Assembly (NCBI GenBank): GCA_031378845.1
Contig: JANNES010000016.1
Location: 51,616 to 115,615 of the forward strand
Direction: 5' to 3'
DNA length: 64,000 nt
Origin: Rhodobacterales bacterium
GTDB lineage: Bacteria; Pseudomonadota; Alphaproteobacteria; Rhodobacterales; Rhodobacteraceae
In this document: positions 15,091 through 26,180 of the stretch, one piece after another
Layout: every line of letters starts with the position of its first letter
How positions within the stretch are numbered: position 1 is the stretch's first letter
Made by a program: the position numbers and the translations under genes
The notes under the pieces: model-generated
Database searches by the model: none
What the model saw: only the letters and a program-made list of their open reading frames with translations
What the model was told of the DNA's origin: nothing

Positions 15091-15996
15091 ATGAGCGAAA
15101 ACCCCGACAATACCGATTCCCCCCGTGGACTGGCCTTTGCGGTCACCGCCTATCTGCTCTGGGGGTTCTTGCCGATCTACATGAAGGCGCTGGCGCACAT
15201 CTCGCCCGCCGAGGTGATCGCGCATCGGGTGATCTGGTCGGTGCCGATTGCGGGGGCGGTCCTGATCTGGCTGGGGCGGACGGCGGATCTGCGGGTGGCG
15301 CTGCGCAGCCCGCGGCTTTTGGGGATGGCCTGCATGACGGCGGCGCTGATCACGGTCAACTGGGGCATTTATGTCTGGGCCATTGGGTCCGGCAACACCT
15401 TGGATGCGGCCCTGGGCTATTACATCAACCCCTTGTTCAGCGTGTTTCTTGGTGCGGTGCTCTTGGGCGAACGGCTCGATCGTGCGCAGATGGCGGCGAT
15501 TGCGCTGGCCGCTTTGGCGGTTGCGATCCTGACCTATGATACCGGCCGGCTGCCCCTGGTTGCGCTTGGTTTGACGGTGACCTGGGGCATCTACGCCTAC
15601 CTCAAGAAAAGCCTTCCGTTGGGCCCCAACCAGGGCTTCATGCTGGAAGTGCTGATCTTGCTGCCGATTGCGCTGGGGTATTTCGGCTGGCTGGTCGCCA
15701 CGCGGCAAAGCCATTTCGCGGTGGGCGTGCCGGGCGATACCTGGCTGCTTTTGGGTTGCGGGCTCGTCACGGCGGTGCCGCTGATGATCTATGCCAATGG
15801 CGCAAAGCTCTTGCGGCTGTCGACCATCGGCATCTTGCAATACATCGCGCCGACAATGATTTTCCTGACGGCGGTCTTTGTCTTTGACGAGCCCTTTGGC
15901 ACCGCGCGGATGATCGCATTCCCGATGATCTGGGCCGCATTGGTGATCTATACCGGCGCCTTGATCAGCCAGGCGCGGGCACGGTCGGCCGGCTGA
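15091..15996 (+). CDS. rarD: EamA-family transporter RarD
   Basis: 301 aa. The N-terminus ([22 protein letters not shown]...AHRVIWS) is characteristic of RarD. Confidence 0.85.
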   Translation: MSENPDNTDSPRGLAFAVTAYLLWGFLPIYMKALAHISPAEVIAHRVIWSVPIAGAVLIWLGRTADLRVALRSPRLLGMACMTAALITVNWGIYVWAIGSGNTLDAALGYYINPLFSVFLGAVLLGERLDRAQMAAIALAALAVAILTYDTGRLPLVALGLTVTWGIYAYLKKSLPLGPNQGFMLEVLILLPIALGYFGWLVATRQSHFAVGVPGDTWLLLGCGLVTAVPLMIYANGAKLLRLSTIGILQYIAPTMIFLTAVFVFDEPFGTARMIAFPMIWAALVIYTGALISQARARSAG

Positions 15997-17077
15997 TCCG
16001 CCCGCCACCGATGGCCGTGGCAACCCCGGTCGTGCTGGGCCCCGAGGTCGGCAGACCCCGCTGGACCCGCACCGCGAGATAAGCAAATGCCTGCGCCTCC
16101 AGCATGTCGCCATTGAGGCCGACCGCCTCGACCGGGTCGACCTGCAGGGCGAGGCGGGTGCGGAGTTCGCGCATCAAAACCGGGTTCAGTCGCCCGCCCC
16201 CGGTGACCAGAACGCCGGCAGGCGGGGCCGGGCAATGCTCCATTCCGCGCACGACCGAGGCGGCTGCAATTGCGGTCAGCGTCGCGGCTGCGTCTTCGGT
16301 CGAAACCGCATCAAATGTTCGAAAAATGCTATCAAATGTGCCACGATCCAAGGATTTTGGTGGAATTTTGTAGAAAAATGCATTATGCAAAAACTGCTGG
16401 ACCGTTGCTTCATCGACAGACCCCTGCGCAGCCAAAGCGCCGTCGCGGTCGAATTCCACACCCAGCCGCGCGCGCAAGAGATCGTTGACAGGCGCATTGG
16501 CGGGACCGGTATCAAAGGCCAGAAGCGCGCCCGGAGCCTCAGGCTTGTCCACTGTCGGGTCGACCCAAGTCAAGTTGCCGACCCCCCCAAGATTCAAGAA
16601 AACGACCGGCGCCTTGGCCCCCATCCAGCGGGCGCAGGCGTGGTGGAAAAAGGGCGCAAGCGGCGCCCCCTGCCCGCCCATCGCGACATCGTTGGCGCGA
16701 AAGTCCCAGACGACAGGCAGCCCCAGAACCTCGGCCAGCAAAGCGCCGTCGCCCGCCTGATGCGTGCCACGCCCGCCCGGATCATGCGCCAGCGTCTGGC
16801 CGTGAAAGCCCACGAGATCCACGCCGTGAAAGCGCGACAGGACCTCGGCATGGGTGGCCTCGACCAGCTCGGCTGCGGCTTGCACATTCGGGTCGCCGGG
16901 CCATTGGCCCAAGGCACTGCGCAAGATCGCCTGTTCATCAGGCGCATAGGGGCGATAGGCATGCGGGCCAAAGTCCAGGATGCTGTGGCCATCGGTCTGC
17001 ACCATCGCCGCATCGACGCCGTCCAGCGACGTGCCCGACATCGCGCCCAATGCCCAAAGGGCCCCGGATTTCAGCAT
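15965..17077 (-). CDS. anmK: Anhydro-N-acetylmuramic acid kinase
   Basis: Start at [24 protein letters not shown] (ATG 17077). The GxMSGTSxDGxD motif fits. The 3' end overlaps the rarD 3' end by 32 nt (convergent). Confidence 0.9.
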   Translation of the reverse strand: MLKSGALWALGAMSGTSLDGVDAAMVQTDGHSILDFGPHAYRPYAPDEQAILRSALGQWPGDPNVQAAAELVEATHAEVLSRFHGVDLVGFHGQTLAHDPGGRGTHQAGDGALLAEVLGLPVVWDFRANDVAMGGQGAPLAPFFHHACARWMGAKAPVVFLNLGGVGNLTWVDPTVDKPEAPGALLAFDTGPANAPVNDLLRARLGVEFDRDGALAAQGSVDEATVQQFLHNAFFYKIPPKSLDRGTFDSIFRTFDAVSTEDAAATLTAIAAASVVRGMEHCPAPPAGVLVTGGGRLNPVLMRELRTRLALQVDPVEAVGLNGDMLEAQAFAYLAVRVQRGLPTSGPSTTGVATAIGGGRISRPTVPAPG

Positions 17078-17134
17078 CTTCCCCTTGGCCCCTCGCCCCG
17101 GTATATCGCCCACAGCATAAAGCACGAGGGTGCC

Positions 17135-18385
17135 ATGACCTACCATCCGAAATCCGAATTCTTGCACGAACTGATCGCACGCGGCTTTTTGGCCGACTGC
17201 ACGGATTATCAGGGCCTCGACGAGCGTTTGTCCAAGGGCATGATCACGGGCTATATCGGGTTCGATCTGACGGCGTCGTCGCTGCATATCGGCAATCTGG
17301 TGCAGATCATGCTGTTGCGTTGGCTACAAAAAACCGGGCATCGCCCGATCACGCTGATGGGGGGTGGGACGACCAAGGTTGGTGATCCGTCAGGCAAGGA
17401 CGAGATGCGCAAGATGCTGTCGGTTGATCAGATCAACGCGAATGCCGACAGCATCCGGACGGTCTTTTCGCGCTACATTTCCTATGGCGACGGGCCGACG
17501 GACTCGCCCCTCGTCAACAATGCCGAATGGCTCGACAAGCTGGGATACATCGAGTTTCTGCGCGATATCGGCCCGCATTTCACCATCAATCGGCTTTTGT
17601 CGTTTGAGTCCGTGAAGTCGCGGCTGGACCGGGAACAATCGCTGAGTTTCATCGAATTCAACTACATGCTGCTGCAGGCCTATGATTTTCTGGAACTGCA
17701 TCGCCGCTATGGCACGATCCTGCAGATGGGTGGATCGGACCAGTGGGGCAACATCGTGTCGGGCACGGATCTGATCCGGCGCGTCATGGCGACCGAGGCG
17801 TTCGGCCTGACGACGCCGCTGGTGACCCGCTCGGATGGCAAGAAGATGGGCAAGTCGGTCGATGGCGCGGTCTGGCTGAACGCAGACCGGATGGCGCCGT
17901 ATGAATTCTCGCAGTGGTGGCGCAACGTGGCGGACGCCGATGTGGCCAAGTTCCTGAAAATGTTCACCGAACTGGATGTGGCGGAGTGCGACCGGCTGGG
18001 TGCGCTTGGCGGGTCGGAAATCAACGCGGCGAAAATCCGGCTGGCCAATGAGGTGACCGGATTGTTGCACGGGGCCGATGCGGCGCGGGCTGCGGAAGCG
18101 ACGGCGCGCGAGGTGTTCGAGCAGGGTGGTATCGGGGACGATTTGCCCACGGTGCATGTCACCGCGTCTGAGGCCGCCGATGGACTGGGCATCGTGCAAC
18201 TGCTCGTCCGCACGGGGCTGGCGGCCTCGGGCAAGGATGCCAAGCGCCTGATCGCCGAAGGCGGCGCGCGGATGAACGATAACATCGTGACCGATCCCGG
18301 ACTGCGCATCGGGGCCAGGGAACTGGCGGAACCGGTGAAGCTGACGGCGGGCAAGAAGCGGCACGCGCTGGTGGTGTTGGGATAG
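17135..18385 (+). CDS. tyrS: Tyrosine--tRNA ligase
   Basis: Start at [18 protein letters not shown] (ATG 17135). It has a HIGN (HIGH-class) motif, KMGKS (KMSKS) and a C-terminal S4 domain. Confidence 0.95.
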   Translation: MTYHPKSEFLHELIARGFLADCTDYQGLDERLSKGMITGYIGFDLTASSLHIGNLVQIMLLRWLQKTGHRPITLMGGGTTKVGDPSGKDEMRKMLSVDQINANADSIRTVFSRYISYGDGPTDSPLVNNAEWLDKLGYIEFLRDIGPHFTINRLLSFESVKSRLDREQSLSFIEFNYMLLQAYDFLELHRRYGTILQMGGSDQWGNIVSGTDLIRRVMATEAFGLTTPLVTRSDGKKMGKSVDGAVWLNADRMAPYEFSQWWRNVADADVAKFLKMFTELDVAECDRLGALGGSEINAAKIRLANEVTGLLHGADAARAAEATAREVFEQGGIGDDLPTVHVTASEAADGLGIVQLLVRTGLAASGKDAKRLIAEGGARMNDNIVTDPGLRIGARELAEPVKLTAGKKRHALVVLG

Positions 18386-18395
18386 ATGCGCGGAT

Positions 18396-18420
18396 GATGG
18401 GCAGATTGCCCATCTTGCGA
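18396..18420 (+). terminator. Candidate terminator hairpin after tyrS
   Basis: GATGGGCA gat TGCCCATC 8-bp stem followed by TTGCGAAATT. Confidence 0.35.
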
Positions 18421-18485
18421 AATTCATCTTTGCAAAAATATCCCACGGGGGTGCGGGGGCGTGAAACCCCCGCTCCGACCGAAGA

Positions 18486-19055
18486 TCAGGGTGCTACGGT
18501 CACCTTGGCCATCACATCTGGCGCGCTGCTCACTTCACCATTGGCACCATCGCCGCGCTTGATCGCATCGACCACGTCCATCCCGGAAATGACTTGTCCG
18601 ACCACAGTGTACTGGCCGTCCAGAAATTCACCCGGCGCGAACATGATGAAGAACTGGCTGTTGGCGCTGTCGGGGTCCTGCGAGCGTGCCATGCCGACGA
18701 CACCGCGCTGAAAGGATACATCCGAGAACTCTGCCGGAATGTCGGGCCTGGACGATCCGCCCATCCCGGCCTGGGCCAGATCCCCGTCCGATCTGCCGAA
18801 CTGCACGTCGCCTGTCTGCGCCATGAAGCCGTCAATCACGCGGTGAAAGACCACGCCGTCATAGGCCCCCTCCGCCGCAAGGGCGCTGATCTGTGCCACG
18901 TGCAGGGGTGCGGTGTCGGAAGCCATGTCGATGACGATGGTGCCATTGGCCTGACCTGTGACCTCGATCGTCATGTTCGGGCCGGGGCCGTCCTCTTGTG
19001 CCAAAGCGGTGCTGGCAAGCAGGGCGAAAACGAGCGCGAGGTGTTTACTGAACAT
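18486..19055 (-). CDS. Cyclophilin-type peptidyl-prolyl cis-trans isomerase, secreted/periplasmic form
   Basis: 189 aa with a signal-peptide-like N-terminus (MFSKHLALVFALLASTALAQ) and cyclophilin motifs (FHRVIDGFMAQTGD, SQFFIMF). Confidence 0.9.
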   Translation of the reverse strand: MFSKHLALVFALLASTALAQEDGPGPNMTIEVTGQANGTIVIDMASDTAPLHVAQISALAAEGAYDGVVFHRVIDGFMAQTGDVQFGRSDGDLAQAGMGGSSRPDIPAEFSDVSFQRGVVGMARSQDPDSANSQFFIMFAPGEFLDGQYTVVGQVISGMDVVDAIKRGDGANGEVSSAPDVMAKVTVAP

Positions 19056-19554
19056 CGGCGGCCACCCGGACTGTGATCATACGATCGGGATTTGCCGGAG
19101 GCTCGCCCTTGACGATCTTGTCGACAAACTCCATCCCGGAAATCACCCGGCCATAGACGGTATACTGGCCGTTCAGGAAGTGGTTGTCCTTGAAATTGAT
19201 GAAGAACTGGCTGTTGGCCGAGTTCGGGTTCGACGAGCGCGCAGCCCCGATGGTGCCCCGGTCATGCGGCAGTTTGGAAAACTCTGCCGGAACGTCGGGA
19301 TGCTCGGAGCCGCCGGTGCCGGCGCGACGGATGTTGAAGTCCTTTTCCATGTTGCCGTTCTCCACATCTCCCGTCTGCGCCATGAAGCCGTCGATCACGC
19401 GATGAAAGCAGACATTGTCGTAGGCTTTCGCACGGGCGAGGGATTTCATCCGCTCAGTGTGCTTGGGTGCAACGTCAGACAGCAGGGCGATGACGACCTC
19501 GCCGTCCTTCAGCGTCACGATGATGGTGTTTTCCGGGTCTTTGATCTCGGCCAC
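19045..19554 (-). CDS. Cyclophilin-type peptidyl-prolyl cis-trans isomerase, cytoplasmic form
   Basis: 169 aa with FHRVIDGFMAQTGD and NSQFFINF. Overlaps the downstream paralog by 11 nt. Confidence 0.9.
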   Translation of the reverse strand: MAEIKDPENTIIVTLKDGEVVIALLSDVAPKHTERMKSLARAKAYDNVCFHRVIDGFMAQTGDVENGNMEKDFNIRRAGTGGSEHPDVPAEFSKLPHDRGTIGAARSSNPNSANSQFFINFKDNHFLNGQYTVYGRVISGMEFVDKIVKGEPPANPDRMITVRVAADVQ

Positions 19555-19687
19555 TTTGGTACTCCTCTGGAATTCGGGCGGAACCTAGCGGCGGGATCCG
19601 CCCAAGGAAAGGATAAACCGACAGCCCCGGTTGACGAAACCCCGTGAACACCGGCAAGAGAGTGCAAACAACCTGGGGGAGGCACAG

Positions 19688-20878
19688 ATGGCGTGGAAGA
19701 CGTTGGACGATATGGCAATGGCCGATAAAGTCGTGCTGGTGCGGGTCGACATCAACGTGCCGATGGAGGCCGGGAAGGTGACCGACACGACCCGGATCGA
19801 CAAGATCAAGCCCACGGTCGAGGACATCATCGCACGCGGCGGCAAGGTGGTGCTGCTGGCACATTTCGACCGTCCCAAAGGCAAAGTCGTGCCCGAGATG
19901 AGCCTGAGCCACGTCGTCACTGCGTTGGAAGCATCGCTGGGCCGCAAGGTGGCTTTTGGCCCCGATTGCGTCGGTGCGCCCGCCGCAGCCGCGATTGCCA
20001 AAGCAGGTCCGAAAGACGTGGTGTTGCTCGAAAATACCCGTTTTCATGCTGGTGAAGAGGCCAATGATGCAGGTTTTGCGGCAGAATTGGCCGCCCTTGG
20101 CCAAATCTATGTAAATGACGCCTTTTCGGCCGCGCACCGCGCACATGCCTCGACCGAGGCGCTTGCGCACTTGCTGCCTGCCGCTGCGGGTCGGCTGATG
20201 GAGGCAGAGTTGCGCGCGCTGGAGGCGGCACTGGGCAATCCCGAGCGGCCCGTCGTGGCGGTTGTCGGGGGGGCAAAAGTCTCGACCAAGATCGAGCTTT
20301 TGGCAAATCTCGTCACCAAGGTCGACCATCTGATCATCGGCGGCGGCATGGCCAACACCTTCCTTGTGGCCGAGGGGATCGAGGTGGGCCGGTCGCTGGC
20401 CGAACGCGAGATGGCAGAGATGGCGCGCGAAATCCGGCGCAAGGCGCAAAAGGCGGGCTGCGCCATCCACCTGCCCATTGATCTGGTGGTTGCGCGCGAA
20501 TTCAAGGCAGGGGCGGCGTCGGAGGTTGTCGGTCTGCAAGATTGTCCGCCCGATGCGATGATCCTCGATGCAGGGCCTGCGACGGTCACCGAAATCTCTG
20601 CGGTGTTTCAGGGTGCCAAGACCTTGATCTGGAACGGGCCCTTGGGCGCGTTCGAGATTGCGCCCTTTGATATGGCGACCAATGCAGCCGCACGGTCTGC
20701 AGCCGCATTGACCAAGGCAGGCAAGCTGATCTCGGTCGCTGGCGGCGGCGATACGGTCGCGGCCCTCAATCAGGCCGGGGCGGCAGAGGATTTCACCTTT
20801 ATCTCGACGGCGGGTGGCGCATTTCTGGAATGGATGGAGGGCAAGGAGCTGCCCGGGGTCGCGGCATTGATGCACTAG
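19688..20878 (+). CDS. pgk: Phosphoglycerate kinase
   Basis: Start at MAWKTLDDM (ATG 19688) preceded by [18 protein letters not shown] and [12 protein letters not shown] motifs. Confidence 0.95.
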   Translation: MAWKTLDDMAMADKVVLVRVDINVPMEAGKVTDTTRIDKIKPTVEDIIARGGKVVLLAHFDRPKGKVVPEMSLSHVVTALEASLGRKVAFGPDCVGAPAAAAIAKAGPKDVVLLENTRFHAGEEANDAGFAAELAALGQIYVNDAFSAAHRAHASTEALAHLLPAAAGRLMEAELRALEAALGNPERPVVAVVGGAKVSTKIELLANLVTKVDHLIIGGGMANTFLVAEGIEVGRSLAEREMAEMAREIRRKAQKAGCAIHLPIDLVVAREFKAGAASEVVGLQDCPPDAMILDAGPATVTEISAVFQGAKTLIWNGPLGAFEIAPFDMATNAAARSAAALTKAGKLISVAGGGDTVAALNQAGAAEDFTFISTAGGAFLEWMEGKELPGVAALMH

Positions 20879-20947
20879 CGCTATCGCGATTGCGACAGCG
20901 TTCTTGACAGGCTATTTCCGCAAGGGAACATCGGGGAGACGACAGAC

Positions 20948-21841
20948 ATGACCAACGCGCAGATGACCGAACAGGTGCGGAACGGCAAAGGATTTATCGC
21001 AGCACTTGACCAAAGCGGCGGGTCGACGCCAAAGGCGCTGAAGCTTTATGGGGTGCATGAGTCCGCTTATTCGGGCGAGACGGAAATGTACGACATGATC
21101 CATGCGATGCGCAGCCGGATCATCACGAGCCCTGCCTTTACCGGCGACAAGGTGGTGGGTGCGATTCTTTTCGAGCAGACAATGGACCGCGCCATCGACG
21201 GTGTTCCGACCGCGACCTACCTGTGGGAAAACCGCCATGTCGTGCCGTTCCTCAAGATCGACAAGGGGCTGGAAGCCGACGCCGACGGCGTGCAGCTGAT
21301 GAAGCCGATGCCGGGTCTTGATGCGCTGCTGGCACGCGCCGCCAAGGCGGGGATCTACGGCACCAAGGAGCGTTCGGTGGTCAATGCCGCAAACCGCAAG
21401 GGGATTGCCGCGATTGTGGCGCAGCAGTTTGCGGTTGGCGCGCAGGTGGCCGCGCATGGCCTGATGCCGATCCTTGAGCCGGAAGTGACGATCTCCATCG
21501 CCGACAAAGCCAAGGCCGAGGCGATGTTGCAAGAAGAGATCCTGCTGGCCCTGGACCGGCTGCCCGAAGGGCGCCAGGTGATGCTAAAGCTGTCGCTGCC
21601 CACCGAGGCGAATTTCTACAAGCCATTGGTGGCACATCCCAAAGTGTTGAAGGTCGTCGCCCTGTCTGGCGGGCATGCGCGTGCCGACGCCAATGCGATT
21701 CTGGCCAAGAATACCGGCATGATCGCAAGCTTTAGCCGCGCCCTGACCGAGGGTTTGAGCGCACAACAATCCGAACCTGCGTTCGATGCAGCCTTGGCCG
21801 GGGCGATTGACAGCATCTACCGTGCCTCGATTGCAGGATAA
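20948..21841 (+). CDS. fba: Class I fructose-bisphosphate aldolase
   Basis: 297 aa with GKGFIAALDQSGGSTPKAL and LKIDKGL, as in class I FBA of alphaproteobacteria. Confidence 0.9.
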   Translation: MTNAQMTEQVRNGKGFIAALDQSGGSTPKALKLYGVHESAYSGETEMYDMIHAMRSRIITSPAFTGDKVVGAILFEQTMDRAIDGVPTATYLWENRHVVPFLKIDKGLEADADGVQLMKPMPGLDALLARAAKAGIYGTKERSVVNAANRKGIAAIVAQQFAVGAQVAAHGLMPILEPEVTISIADKAKAEAMLQEEILLALDRLPEGRQVMLKLSLPTEANFYKPLVAHPKVLKVVALSGGHARADANAILAKNTGMIASFSRALTEGLSAQQSEPAFDAALAGAIDSIYRASIAG

Positions 21842-22024
21842 CGACGGCAGGCCGGGTCTGATCGCGTAATCAGCTCGGCCAAACCGCTCATCGGCGTGAT
21901 CCCGCGCGAAATGTGTGGGTCTTTGGCAACGATTGGGGGTGATTCGCCAAGGGGGATTCCCCTTGCGACTCGGCTGTCCTAAGGTCTGCCTGACCGTCCG
22001 ATAAAGAGGCGGATAGGGCAGAGC

Positions 22025-22327
22025 ATGATGCATTCAACCGTTCGACCGGCCGTTGGCGTCGCCGCCTATTATCTGTCGCTTTTCGCGTTGGGCAGCTATT
22101 TCACCTTTGCCGCCGTGCAGGGTGAATATGGCGTCTTTCGCCAGGTCGAAATCGCAGCCGAAGTGCAAACCCTGACGGTCGAACGAGATCGGTTGGCGGC
22201 GGAGCAGGCAACCTTGGCCAATCTGACCAGGCGGTTGTCGGACACCTACCTTGATCTTGACCTCTTGGATCAGCAGGCGCGCGAGATCCTGGGCTTTTTG
22301 CGCGCCGACGAGATCGTCATCCGCTAA
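22025..22327 (+). CDS. ftsB: Septum formation initiator (FtsB/DivIC family)
   Basis: 100 aa with an N-terminal TM helix then a coiled coil. It sits in the conserved position upstream of pdhA. Confidence 0.75.
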   Translation: MMHSTVRPAVGVAAYYLSLFALGSYFTFAAVQGEYGVFRQVEIAAEVQTLTVERDRLAAEQATLANLTRRLSDTYLDLDLLDQQAREILGFLRADEIVIR

Positions 22328-22413
22328 TCCCCGTTCCCGTCCGCGGCCTCGGCAAAAACGCGCGCCGCGCGCTGCAAAATCTTTGCCAAACCCAACATTC
22401 TTCGATACAGTCA

Positions 22414-22437
22414 AGATAGTTTAACGTTGAACTATCT
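22414..22437. promoter_or_regulatory. 24-bp near-perfect palindrome AGATAGTT-TAACGTTG-AACTATCT upstream of pdhA
   Basis: 8-bp perfect arms and only 2 asymmetric positions in 24. It lies ~27 nt upstream of the pdhA ATG in an AT-rich patch. Confidence 0.4.
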
Positions 22438-22463
22438 GATAGACTCAGGGGAGGATGCCGCGT

Positions 22464-23453
22464 ATGGCCGCCAAAAAGCCGGATGCGAGACCAAATGTCT
22501 CGAAAGAGGACTTGCTGACGTATTACCGCGCGATGTTGCTGATCCGGCGGTTCGAGGAAAAGGCAGGTCAGCTTTACGGGATGGGGCTTATCGGTGGGTT
22601 TTGCCACCTTTACATCGGGCAAGAGGCCGTCGTCGTGGGCCTGGAGGCCGCGACGAAAGAGGGCGACAAGCGCGTCACGAGCTACCGCGACCACGGCCAT
22701 ATGCTGGCCTGCGGGATGGACCCCAAGGGCGTCATGGCTGAACTGACGGGGCGCATCGGGGGCTATTCCAAGGGCAAGGGCGGCTCGATGCACATGTTCT
22801 CCAAGGAAAAGCATTTCTATGGCGGACACGGAATCGTCGGCGCGCAGGTGCCGCTTGGTGCGGGGCTGGCGTTTGCCGACAAGTACAACGGCAATGACAA
22901 TGTGACGTTCACCTATTTCGGCGATGGCGCGGCGAACCAGGGTCAGGTCTACGAGACCTACAATATGGCCGAGCTGTGGGACTTGCCGGTGATTTTCGTG
23001 ATTGAAAACAACGGCTATGCGATGGGCACCAGCGTCAGGCGGTCGACCAAATCGACCTCGTTGTTCGGGCGCGGGCTGGCTTACGGCATCCCCGGAGAGC
23101 AGGTCGACGGCATGGATGTGCTGGCGGTCAAGGCGGCAGGGGAAAAGGCAGTGGCGCACTGCCGGGCGGGCAAAGGGCCCTATATTCTGGAGATGATGAC
23201 CTATCGCTATCGCGGGCATTCGATGTCCGATCCGGCCAAGTACCGGACCCGCGAAGAGGTGGAAAAGATGCGCTCGGAAAAGGACGCCATCGAGCATGTG
23301 CGCGAAATGCTGATCAGTTCAGGGCTGGCCTCGGACGAGGACCTCAAGGCCATCGACAAGGACATCAAGGCGGTGGTCAACGAGAGTGCCGAATTTGCCA
23401 AAGACAGCCCGGAGCCTTCGCAAGAAGAGCTCTGGACCGATATCTACGCGTAA
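22464..23453 (+). CDS. pdhA: Pyruvate dehydrogenase E1 component, alpha subunit
   Basis: ORF 22455..23453. The second ATG (22464, MAAKKPD) has better spacing to GGGGAGG. It carries a TPP-binding E1-alpha motif region (YRGHSMSDP). Confidence 0.93.
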   Translation: MAAKKPDARPNVSKEDLLTYYRAMLLIRRFEEKAGQLYGMGLIGGFCHLYIGQEAVVVGLEAATKEGDKRVTSYRDHGHMLACGMDPKGVMAELTGRIGGYSKGKGGSMHMFSKEKHFYGGHGIVGAQVPLGAGLAFADKYNGNDNVTFTYFGDGAANQGQVYETYNMAELWDLPVIFVIENNGYAMGTSVRRSTKSTSLFGRGLAYGIPGEQVDGMDVLAVKAAGEKAVAHCRAGKGPYILEMMTYRYRGHSMSDPAKYRTREEVEKMRSEKDAIEHVREMLISSGLASDEDLKAIDKDIKAVVNESAEFAKDSPEPSQEELWTDIYA

Positions 23454-23465
23454 GGGGAAGATAAA

Positions 23466-24863
23466 ATGGCAACCGACGTATTGATGCCCGCCCTGTCGCC
23501 GACGATGGAGGAAGGCACGCTGGCCAAATGGCTGGTCAAAGAGGGCGATGTGGTCAAATCCGGCCAGATCCTCGCCGAAATCGAAACCGACAAGGCGACG
23601 ATGGAATTCGAGGCGGTGGACGAGGGCACGGTGGGCCGGATTCTGGTGGCCGAGGGCACGTCAGGGGTGAAGGTGAACACGCCGATCATGGTGATGGTCG
23701 AGGCGGGCGAGAAGGTGTCGGATGCGCCCAAGGCAACGGCGGTGGCCGTGGCCGCCAGTTCCGGCGAGGCCCCCGTTGCAGTTGCGGCAGCTGCGATAAT
23801 CGCACCGAAAGGATTGCCGGACATCACAGTCATGGGTCCTGAGGTGCCATGGCCGCACCTGGATGTGCCGCGCGGTGCGGCCACCAAGACGATGACCGTG
23901 CGCGAGGCCCTGCGCGAGGCGATGGCCGAAGAAATGCGCGCCGATCCGTCAGTGTTCCTGATGGGCGAAGAGGTGGGCGAATATCAGGGCGCCTACAAGA
24001 TCAGCCAGGGCTTGCTGGACGAGTTCGGCCCCAAGCGCGTGGTCGATACCCCCATTACCGAGATGGGCTTTGCCGGGATCGCAGTGGGCGCAAGCTGGGG
24101 TGGCACCAAGCCGATCGTCGAATTCATGACCTTCAACTTTTCAATGCAGTCGATTGATCATATTATCAATAAGGCGGCAAAGACGCTGTATATGTCGGGT
24201 GGCCAGAATGGCAGCCCCATGGTGTTCCGGGGGCCAAACGGGGCAGCTGCCCGCGTCGGCGCTCAGCACAGCCAGGACTTTTCCGCCTGGTATGCCGCCA
24301 TTCCGGGTCTGCGCGTCTGTGCTCCATATTCGGCGGCAGATGCCAAGGGCCTGCTGAAATCGGCAATCCGCGATCCGAACCCGGTGATCTTTCTGGAAAA
24401 CGAAATCCTCTATGGACGGTCCTTTGAGGTGCCGACGGATGCGGACTTTACCATTCCCTTTGGCAAGGCCTCGATCCTGCGCGAGGGAGCGGATGTGACG
24501 ATCGTGTCCTTTGCCATCGGGCTGACCTATGCCTTGGCCGCAGCGGAAGAATTGGCCAAAGAAGGCATCAACGCCGAAGTGATCAACCTGCGCACCCTGC
24601 GCCCCATCGACTATGACACGGTGCTTGCCTCAGTGATGAAGACGAACCGCTGCGTGACCGTCGAAGAGGGATTCCCCGTGGGCTCCATCGGCAACCATAT
24701 CGGCGCCGTGGTGATGCAGCGGGCGTTCGATTACCTCGACGCGCCGGTGATCAACTGCACTGGCAAGGATGTGCCGATGCCTTACGCGGCCAACCTAGAA
24801 AAGCTTGCGCTGACGACGACCGCCGAAGTGGTCGCCGCCGTCAAATCCGTTTGCTACCGGTGA
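23466..24863 (+). CDS. pdhB: Pyruvate dehydrogenase E1 component, beta subunit with N-terminal lipoyl domain
   Basis: 465 aa. The N-terminal ~85 aa form a lipoyl domain ([13 protein letters not shown]), followed by an Ala-rich linker and the transketolase-like E1-beta. Confidence 0.93.
   Translation: MATDVLMPALSPTMEEGTLAKWLVKEGDVVKSGQILAEIETDKATMEFEAVDEGTVGRILVAEGTSGVKVNTPIMVMVEAGEKVSDAPKATAVAVAASSGEAPVAVAAAAIIAPKGLPDITVMGPEVPWPHLDVPRGAATKTMTVREALREAMAEEMRADPSVFLMGEEVGEYQGAYKISQGLLDEFGPKRVVDTPITEMGFAGIAVGASWGGTKPIVEFMTFNFSMQSIDHIINKAAKTLYMSGGQNGSPMVFRGPNGAAARVGAQHSQDFSAWYAAIPGLRVCAPYSAADAKGLLKSAIRDPNPVIFLENEILYGRSFEVPTDADFTIPFGKASILREGADVTIVSFAIGLTYALAAAEELAKEGINAEVINLRTLRPIDYDTVLASVMKTNRCVTVEEGFPVGSIGNHIGAVVMQRAFDYLDAPVINCTGKDVPMPYAANLEKLALTTTAEVVAAVKSVCYR
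23496..23626 (+). repeat. Direct repeat copy 1 (lipoyl-domain coding segment of pdhB)
   Basis: Aligned by eye to 24903-25033. I counted ~10 mismatches in 131 nt. Weaker similarity extends to ~23715. Confidence 0.8.
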
Positions 24864-24872
24864 GGAAAAGCC

Positions 24873-26171
24873 ATGGCTGTTGAAATTCTGATGCCTGCGC
24901 TTTCGCCGACGATGGAGGAAGGCACGCTGGCAAAATGGCTGGTCAAAGAGGGGGATGTGGTCAAATCGGGCCAGATCTTGGCCGAGATCGAAACCGACAA
25001 GGCGACGATGGAGTTCGAGGCGGTCGATGAAGGGATCGTCGGCAAACTGCTGGTGGCCGAAGGTACGGCGGGGGTGAAGGTGAACACACCGATTGCGGTG
25101 ATGGTCGACGAGGGCGAAGAGGTATCTGCAGCCCCTGTCCCAACCGCGGTGCAGGCAGCGGCGCCGGTGGCGGTTCCAGCCGTCGCGGCAAAATTGGCAA
25201 CCCCGGTTGCAGCGGCGCCTGTCGCAACTGGCGGGGCGCGGGTCTTTGCCTCACCGCTGGCGCGGCGGATCGCGGCAGAAAAGGGACTGGATCTGACCAA
25301 AGTCGCAGGCTCAGGCCCGCATGGACGCATCATCAAGGCCGATGTCGAGGCGGCAAAGACCGGCATTTCCGCTGCGGCACCAGTTGCTGCCCCGGTTTCC
25401 GGTCCACCCGCGGCGAAACCGCCGAGCGGAATGCCAACCGGCATGGCGACCGAGACCGTTCTCAAGATATATGCCGACCGCGAATTTGTCGAAGTTCCGC
25501 TGGATGGGATGCGCCGGACCATTGCGGCGCGGCTGACCGAGGCCAAACAGACCATCCCGCATTTCTATCTGCGCCGCGAGGTCCGGCTAGACGCGCTGAT
25601 GGCGTTCCGCGAACAGCTGAACAAAGGGCTGGAAAGCCGCGGTGTGAAGCTGAGTGTCAATGATTTCATCATCAAGGCCTGCGCCATGGCGTTGCAGGTC
25701 GTGCCTGATGCCAATTCGGTCTGGGCAGGGGATCGGACGTTGCGATTGAAGCCGTCCGATGTCGCCGTGGCTGTGGCCGTGGAGGGGGGCTTGTTTACGC
25801 CCGTGCTGCGCGATGCGGACAAGAAGTCGCTGAGTGCCTTGTCGGCCGAGATGAAGGATCTGGCAGGTCGCGCCAAGACCAAAAAGCTTGCTCCCCATGA
25901 GTATCAAGGCGGAAGCTTTGCGATTTCGAACCTCGGGATGATGGGGATCGAAAACTTTGACGCTGTCATAAACCCGCCGCACGGCTCGATTCTCGCGGTT
26001 GGCGCAGGCCTGAAAAAGCCGGTTGTCATGGCAGATGGGACGATCGGCGTGGCGACCGTCATGTCGATGACGCTGTCGGTAGATCACCGGGTGATCGACG
26101 GGGCCTTGGGGGCACAATTCCTGAAGGCGATCGTTGAGAATCTGGAAAACCCGATGGCGATGTTGGCCTGA
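24873..26171 (+). CDS. pdhC: Dihydrolipoamide acetyltransferase (pyruvate dehydrogenase E2)
   Basis: 432 aa with a lipoyl domain, a peripheral-subunit-binding domain ([16 protein letters not shown]) and a catalytic domain (DHRVIDG). Confidence 0.93.
   Translation: MAVEILMPALSPTMEEGTLAKWLVKEGDVVKSGQILAEIETDKATMEFEAVDEGIVGKLLVAEGTAGVKVNTPIAVMVDEGEEVSAAPVPTAVQAAAPVAVPAVAAKLATPVAAAPVATGGARVFASPLARRIAAEKGLDLTKVAGSGPHGRIIKADVEAAKTGISAAAPVAAPVSGPPAAKPPSGMPTGMATETVLKIYADREFVEVPLDGMRRTIAARLTEAKQTIPHFYLRREVRLDALMAFREQLNKGLESRGVKLSVNDFIIKACAMALQVVPDANSVWAGDRTLRLKPSDVAVAVAVEGGLFTPVLRDADKKSLSALSAEMKDLAGRAKTKKLAPHEYQGGSFAISNLGMMGIENFDAVINPPHGSILAVGAGLKKPVVMADGTIGVATVMSMTLSVDHRVIDGALGAQFLKAIVENLENPMAMLA
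24903..25033 (+). repeat. Direct repeat copy 2 (lipoyl-domain coding segment of pdhC)
   Basis: See copy 1. The antisense shadow ORFs of both regions also share near-identical peptide strings in the ORF track. Confidence 0.8.
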
Positions 26172-26180
26172 CCGGCTGGC

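Noticed and set aside
15965-15996. The 32-nt convergent overlap of the rarD and anmK 3' ends as a regulatory antisense feature.
   Set aside because: Short convergent overlaps are common in compact high-GC genomes. Nothing else marks this one.
21948-21965. The hairpin CAAGGGG-gatt-CCCCTTG between fba and ftsB as a terminator.
   Set aside because: No U-tract follows, and it lies >100 nt after the fba stop. It may be structural, but I cannot support a call.
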